Below are positions 15,756-21,340 of a stretch of DNA of 21,340 nucleotides, in pieces (position 1 is the first letter of the stretch; every line of letters starts with the position of its first letter). A program made the translations under genes and the position numbers. The DNA is from Candidatus Thorarchaeota archaeon (GTDB lineage Archaea > Asgardarchaeota > Thorarchaeia > Thorarchaeales > Thorarchaeaceae), in the NCBI GenBank assembly GCA_019057475.1, contig DXJO01000037.1, forward strand, positions 1 through 21,340, in the 5' to 3' direction. The notes beneath the pieces were generated by a model. That model searched no databases. It was not told the origin of the DNA and saw only the letters and a program-made list of their open reading frames with translations.

Positions 15756-17393
15756 ATGAAGAAACAAGATTTGTCCAGAAAACGCCTTCTCACGATGGGG
15801 CTCATTGCTTCTGTAAGTGCCATTTGGATTCTGCTAAGGACTGGCAGCAGACCTTCTAGGATTGCTTACCCGTGTCAACAGGCTGCAGTCTTGAACATCG
15901 ACTCATTTCGCTTGGCTCTAACAGCTTCAATACTAAGCAGCCGGAAAACCATCATGACAATACCCGGCAGACTCAGCCATCCTGCTGCAATTGGTCTATT
16001 GCTGGTGAGTTGCTTGTTCCTTACTTCTGACTACGCCGCAGCTCCCATCGAATACTTCACCATGTCGGTTGACAACAACATCTCAGTGCCATTACTCCTT
16101 GAATCACAGAGTGCTGTTAGTCAGGCTGATTCATCAGACCTGTTCTTTGTGCAGAATGCCTCGGGCATCGAAGGGAACATGGATTCCGGGGTTTCCGCGT
16201 TGTTCGAGCTGATGGAATCCAAGGGGCTGTACTTCTTCAAGACGACCGGTCACCCCTCGGGACTGATAGGCAGCGATGACGTAGTGCTGATCAAAATAAA
16301 CTGTCAGTGGCCCTACAGAGGAGGCACAAACACAGACCTAGTCAAGAGCTTGATCAACAAGACTGTCAACCATCCTGACGGATTCACAGGGGAGATAGTA
16401 ATTGCAGACAACGGACAGGGATACGGCAATTTGGACTGGTGGGACGCCAACTCCTTCGGCCATGACCAAACCATGGAAGATGTTGCATGCATGTTCCCCT
16501 CATTCAATATTTCAACAGTACTATGGGACACGCTGCGGGATAGCGCGGTTCTCGACTACGAGTGGGGGGACTTCACAGACGGCTACGTCATCAACTCGAC
16601 TAGGAATCTGATCACGGATGTAATGGTGTCCTATCCAAAGTTCAAAACCGAGTATGGTACATACATCAGCTTCAAGAACGGGATATGGAGCAACACAACA
16701 GGATTCAATGCCGATAGACTGAAGATCATCAATCTGCCAGTCTTGAAGTCTCATGGTACCTACGGAGTAACGGGTTGCATCAAGCACTACATGGGTGTCG
16801 TGAAGGGAGAGGTTGTTAAGGGTATCACTCCCCACGAGCACTTCGCAATAGCATTGGGTGGAATGGGAACTGTGATGGCAGAAACTAGGTTTCCGACGCT
16901 CAACATTCTTGACGCTATCTGGATCAACGCCAATCCGGTGGAGAGCGGGCGATACTGTGGGCCAGAGTCCCTCCATTCAACTGCCAGCTTCACAGACATC
17001 ATTGGGGCGAGTGAAGACCCCGTTGCCCTAGACTACTGGGCGTCCAAGAACATTCTCATGCCCGCTGCGGAATACCAGAACCACACTGAATATTCATCAT
17101 TGGACCCGGATTATGAGCCGATAAGTCCCACCGGGCCCGGGGGCAGACGGTTCATGGTCGAGTCATTTCACAACTACCTGGAAAGGTCAATGAACGCGTT
17201 GGAGAGTGCTGGGCTCCAAGTCACCATGGACTTGGATGAGATGAACATCAATGTCACTAGCCTCTCTGGGACCACGTTTCCAACAGGCGTTACAGACCAG
17301 CTGTACATCCAAATGGTTGTCGGTTCGCTGGTTTCAGTAGCTCTAATAATCATTGCAGTTGTCCTCGTAAAACGAAGGGCCGCGAGCAGGTAA
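15756..17393 (+). CDS. DUF362 domain protein, membrane-anchored
   Basis: VLIKIN, INLPVLKSHGTYGVTGCIKHYMG, LNILDAIW and ASEDPVALD motifs, with a C-terminal TM plus basic tail. Confidence 0.88.
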   Translation: MKKQDLSRKRLLTMGLIASVSAIWILLRTGSRPSRIAYPCQQAAVLNIDSFRLALTASILSSRKTIMTIPGRLSHPAAIGLLLVSCLFLTSDYAAAPIEYFTMSVDNNISVPLLLESQSAVSQADSSDLFFVQNASGIEGNMDSGVSALFELMESKGLYFFKTTGHPSGLIGSDDVVLIKINCQWPYRGGTNTDLVKSLINKTVNHPDGFTGEIVIADNGQGYGNLDWWDANSFGHDQTMEDVACMFPSFNISTVLWDTLRDSAVLDYEWGDFTDGYVINSTRNLITDVMVSYPKFKTEYGTYISFKNGIWSNTTGFNADRLKIINLPVLKSHGTYGVTGCIKHYMGVVKGEVVKGITPHEHFAIALGGMGTVMAETRFPTLNILDAIWINANPVESGRYCGPESLHSTASFTDIIGASEDPVALDYWASKNILMPAAEYQNHTEYSSLDPDYEPISPTGPGGRRFMVESFHNYLERSMNALESAGLQVTMDLDEMNINVTSLSGTTFPTGVTDQLYIQMVVGSLVSVALIIIAVVLVKRRAASR

Positions 17394-17472
17394 GAACACT
17401 CACGTTTCAAGCACGTGATGTTGCGCATGAATGGACACATATGCAAGTCAGTATGCAAAATGGAAGAAGCAA

Positions 17473-17680
17473 CATGGTTGAGCTTGTCTTCGGTAACATG
17501 ACCACCATGGACCTTGTCATGGCGGGGCTCACCGGTATCTTGTCATTGGCAATTCTCGCAATGGTCTTCAAGATGTCATTGAAAGGCACACCCAAGTGGC
17601 AAGCAAGAAAGATAGTCCATGTTTCCCTAGGCACGTTCATCGCACTCACAGTACCGGCCTACTCGAAAGAGATAGTTTGA
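17473..17680 (+). pseudogene. N-terminal fragment of a phytol/dolichol-kinase-like (cytidylyltransferase-family) membrane protein
   Basis: TM helix then ARKIVHVSLG (RKxxH motif). It stops after ~70 aa, far short of family length. Confidence 0.65.
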
Positions 17681-17725
17681 GTGTTCATCAACTCAATACT
17701 TTCTTGACCACGGCAAAGGTCAATA

Positions 17726-17990
17726 TGATTAGATATAGATTTGCTGTGCAATGTGTAAGCAGGAGTTGGGAGAAACAAACTCCTAAGGAAAGAGAGGCTG
17801 TTGGTTATTGGGCTAGGTGTTTTCTAAACACCTATGATGGTGTATCATTAGCGGATTTGCTTTGGGACTTCAAGAATATGACAGAACTTGAAAGAGAGCA
17901 AATGGAGAGGGGGTTTCGGAGGACGTGGTAGAAGAGGCGAATGACGAACTTGCTCAAATGATTGATGAGTGTCTTGGAGGTGTTGTCTGA
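17726..17990 (+). pseudogene. Frameshifted small gene coupled to the helicase gene
   Basis: One extra G in the G5 run (17909-17913) extends ...QMERG into VSEDVVEEANDELAQMIDECLGGVV*, whose TGA overlaps ATG 17990. The 5' limit is uncertain. Confidence 0.5.
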
Positions 17991-19825
17991 TGGCAACGGG
18001 CAATATTTCCTCAAGATGGAAAGTTGCTGATTCTTGGGAGTTTCAGAACGAAATCAATTAGCTAGCAGGCGAACTTAAGCGCGCTCCAAGTCGGGAGGAC
18101 ATTTTGGAACACTACATAGACGAAATCGTTGGAGAGTATTCCGACGCGCACGAGGCTGACCTGACAAAAGCAATAACCAATATTCCGGCCTCGCAACCAC
18201 CAACAATGACCTCTGAGGACACGGATATTCCACGAGAGGTCTTGAAGGCGATTAATCACCAAATCAACTATTTGAAAGAAGAATACACGTTCTGGTCCAG
18301 AGGAAGAAACTCAGCACTTTGGATTTATGACGAGGAAACCTGAGTCTATGTCGAAAACGGAGAAGCCGTTGTGGATAAGTATCTGGCCAAGAGGCTGGCG
18401 GATGATGCAAACTACCGCTCGGTGATCGGCAACGAGGTGATAAATTATCTGAAACGTGCATCCTTCGACGGCGAAGAACTTGGTGGTCCGCCTCATATCT
18501 TGGTTGTCAGGAACGGAAGAATCAATCTTGAGGATGGTTCTTTCGTTGAAGGATTCGACCCTGAGGAATTGCAAATTGTCAGGGTGGATGTGGAGTTTGA
18601 TGAAGAAGTAACCTGTTCGAAGATAGAGAAATTCCTATCTGAGGTCCTAGAATCCGAGGACAAAATCAAAGCCATGGTTGAATTGATAGGCTACTGTCTG
18701 TTCAAAGGATGGCCTTATGATATTATTGTCATCATGGTCGGAGGCGGAGCAAATGGAAAGACCGTCTGGATTGAGGCCATAACCGAGTTTCTCGGAAAAG
18801 AGAATATTGAAGCCATGACCATGCAGACACTTGCCAAAGACAAGTTCGCGCTGGCAAACCTCCACGGAAAACTAGCGAATCTGGCAGGTGAGATTCCCCA
18901 CCAACCGATAGCCTACACCTCACGGCTAAAAGACTTGACAGGCGGTGGACGGGTCTTTGCTCAGAAGAAATACCAGACAGGCTTCCATTTTGAGAATTGG
19001 GCGAAACTGTTTTTCTCGTCAAACAACACGCCTGCAATCTATGACGATTCCCGCGGGATGTGGAGAAGGATGTTTGTTCTCAATTTTCCCAACACCTTCG
19101 GAATAGATGACCGGCCTGCGATCCCTCGTGACAGACTGGTTCAGTCATTGACCACCGAGGACGAATTTAGCGGGCTTCTCAATCTGGCGATTGCAGGATG
19201 GCTCAGACTCAGAGAATCCGGCAAACTCACGGGCACAAAGACTCCCGAGGAAGAGAGGGTCGCCTACCTCAGAGTTTCCAATCCGTTGCAGTACTTAGCA
19301 GAATTTTTCCTCGAATTTGACAGAGGAGTTCCGCCGTTGAATAAGCCGGCTCTCTATGAGGTGTACCTGAGATGGTGCGCCCATGAGGGACAACCACCGA
19401 AAGGCGAGCGGAGATTCTTCAGAGCAATTAGGGCGGTGGCGACTTACATAACCGAGAAACACCCAACTGTGGGGGGTCAGAAGGTTCCTAGAATCTTCGA
19501 GAGCGTCCGAATCAAGACCGAGGATAACCAGCTGATTGTGCTAAAGAAATGGAACTCTATAACCCCTAGGAATCCGGAGCAAAAGAACGGTTCCGAGGGA
19601 GGAGGCTTCTTGTACTGTTGTGGAAGAATTCACCTCCTTCCAAAGCTGGTTGTACGGTGTGAAGCTCCAGGGGCGCCCCCCTGTCGACTACCACCTATTG
19701 AGGTTAGGGGACTCCTTGGACTGTATGATGCGAACCCCGTAAGTTCCAGAGTAGTGGCAGGGAACCACGATTCATGTGTAGCGGGCCGTGGCCTAGAATC
19801 CCATTGCCAAGGGTATGAGAATTAG
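17990..19825 (+). pseudogene. D5/P4-type SF3 helicase (phage/plasmid primase C-terminal domain) with two in-frame stops
   Basis: Walker A GGGANGKT, LHGKLANLAGE, LKDLTGG, KLFFSSNNTP, GMWRRM and a wHTH tail. ATG 17990 (RBS GGAGGTG), ORF 18104 and ORF 18371 share one frame broken by TAG 18059-18061 and TGA 18341-18343. The last ~80 aa look like run-on. Confidence 0.85.
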
Positions 19826-20581
19826 TGCCGCGAAAGCCGAGTTCACAAATGCGTGAGCGACCCAGCATGCGATTAGGTTGTTGTTGCGCTTCATGAAGAC
19901 AATCCCAAAGACTGCGGCTGCCATGAATGTTGACAGGCCGTACATCATGACCCAGCCAACTGGCAGGAATGGCAGCGTTATCAAGACATGAGGGGCTGCA
20001 AAAGCGAGGGACTGGATCACGAGTGTCTTCAATGCAGAGGTCCTCTCTGACAACTTGTTCTGGAGGTATCCCCTGAACAGTATCTCTTCAGCAGGAGCAA
20101 GAAACGCGAATATGTAGCACATTTCCAGAATCAGGTTCAGTGGAAACGAAAATCCGGCTGCAAATACAAAAACCCTAGACAGGTCTTCTGCAGACTGACT
20201 GCTCCCCCCACCAACCGGCGCAATTCCTGAGGCCAACGCGACAACAGACATTGCGAAGCCTATCCCTATTCCGATTGCGGCCTCCCTCACTATGCCTTGT
20301 CGCTTGATTCCTAGATCCTCTAGTGACCTCCCGCGGTAGGCCAACTCGTACAACAGGATGATCCAAACCACGGGAAGGGCAATCGGTATGGCCACGTTGT
20401 CAATCATGTTCATCAGTGCGAGGAAGAACGCGAAGAGGATAACATGTCCCAGAGCTAAGAGGTACGGAGCAGTTTTCGGCTGCTCGACTCGCGCAGCCGC
20501 ATCATTCAACAAACCGTCGGTGGATTGTGAGAATCCAGCTCTCCAACCAACTCTGCGATCAGAATCCACGGATCTACCCAT
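19793..20581 (-). CDS. CPBP family (CAAX/Abi) intramembrane metalloprotease
   Basis: AEEILFRGYL, FAAPH and HAFVN motifs with multiple TMs. Confidence 0.93.
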   Translation of the reverse strand: MGRSVDSDRRVGWRAGFSQSTDGLLNDAAARVEQPKTAPYLLALGHVILFAFFLALMNMIDNVAIPIALPVVWIILLYELAYRGRSLEDLGIKRQGIVREAAIGIGIGFAMSVVALASGIAPVGGGSSQSAEDLSRVFVFAAGFSFPLNLILEMCYIFAFLAPAEEILFRGYLQNKLSERTSALKTLVIQSLAFAAPHVLITLPFLPVGWVMMYGLSTFMAAAVFGIVFMKRNNNLIACWVAHAFVNSAFAALILIPLAMGF

Positions 20582-21113
20582 AGAGTCTCTTCTCCAGATG
20601 CTTTAGGAGCTCCGGCGCGTTCTTCACCGTATAGACCATCCACGCGAAGATAGCTATCCCGATGGCCAAGAAGGCAAACATGAATAACACACCTTCAATG
20701 GGGCCGCCCTCCAGAAGAATCTCATAGAGTTTCATTCCGCCAAAGAGGATTGGAATTGTAAGTGAAAACATCAGAATGTATGCCATCCACCTCAGCGCAG
20801 GCATCAGGGAAGCAGGCTTCCTTACCTTCAAGTACTTACGAAAGTCATTGGTGGGCTTCTCCTTAAGCGATAGCATCAGCTCCATTGATACGATGCCTAA
20901 GGGTGTGAGTGTATATCGCAGGCGTTCGTTCTTCTCAATGAATCCATCAAGTTGTTTGATGTGATAGTTGAGTTTCCCGGTTGACAGGCCAAGTTCGCTG
21001 AGGATCTCAGTATACGATGCTCCATCATCTCCATAGGCTACTAGTTTCAGGATGTCGCGTCTTGCTGGGTGAGCAAGCACATCAAAGATAATCGACTCAG
21101 CCTCCTTGTCCAA
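20574..21113 (-). CDS. ArsR-like winged-HTH regulator with two C-terminal TM helices
   Basis: FDVLAHPARRDIL...YTEI...STGKLNYHIKQL...YTLTPLG, an AGGTGA RBS, and an 8-bp overlap with the CPBP gene. Confidence 0.9.
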   Translation of the reverse strand: MDKEAESIIFDVLAHPARRDILKLVAYGDDGASYTEILSELGLSTGKLNYHIKQLDGFIEKNERLRYTLTPLGIVSMELMLSLKEKPTNDFRKYLKVRKPASLMPALRWMAYILMFSLTIPILFGGMKLYEILLEGGPIEGVLFMFAFLAIGIAIFAWMVYTVKNAPELLKHLEKRLYG

Positions 21114-21340
21114 TACAATTCACCTACTCCAATACGGGCGAATTTGCTAAAATAGTTTCTTGACAAAATCTCTTTGACAACTGTGCTTGTCAATAACAAT
21201 AGAGGGACGATAAGATATAGCATTACATTTCGAGCGAGTGTAGGTCCATTGAAATGGTTAAATGCCTTCACAGACCAACATGCTTACCTCTGCGGGGGTC
21301 TTTGAGCACTCGCTTGTACGGAAGGTGAAATCGCGGGACA

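Noticed and set aside
16313-17002. Antisense and alternate-frame ORFs inside DUF362 (similarly inside TIR, helicase and CPBP genes)
   Set aside because: These are shadow ORFs of well-supported genes.
18059-18343. Stop-codon reassignment or Sec/Pyl readthrough
   Set aside because: Two different stop types and a nearby frameshift are present, and TAG and TGA terminate intact genes elsewhere in the window.

Overview
This looks like an archaeal accessory island (GGAGGTGA-type ribosome-binding sites, PCNA-like gene, DUF362 and wHTH-membrane genes). An Asgard/Thorarchaeota-like host is my inference only. The left part (1 to ~9.8 kb) resembles an integrated virus- or plasmid-like element. It carries a 5'-truncated tyrosine integrase, a stand-alone TIR-domain protein, Zn-ribbon microproteins, a very divergent PCNA-like clamp and two paralogous small HNH proteins. 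Each HNH unit converges on a long, nearly ORF-free region dense in complementary segments (~3975-5570 and ~6810-7440), with G-U pairs mostly favouring the + strand. These are candidate large structured ncRNAs and the top candidate for an undescribed system. A transposase-free cassette with IS903-like ends and a 9-bp target duplication (7440-9055) carries a YCF48/BNR-repeat gene and has inserted at the 3' end of the second region. The right part is a mosaic: two diverged copies of a 0.7-1.1 kb repeat-rich non-coding element ending in the same 47-bp terminus, each followed by unrelated and partly truncated cargo, then a decayed D5/SF3 helicase operon and a wHTH-CPBP pair. All calls come from reading the sequence by eye; no searches or folding programs were run.
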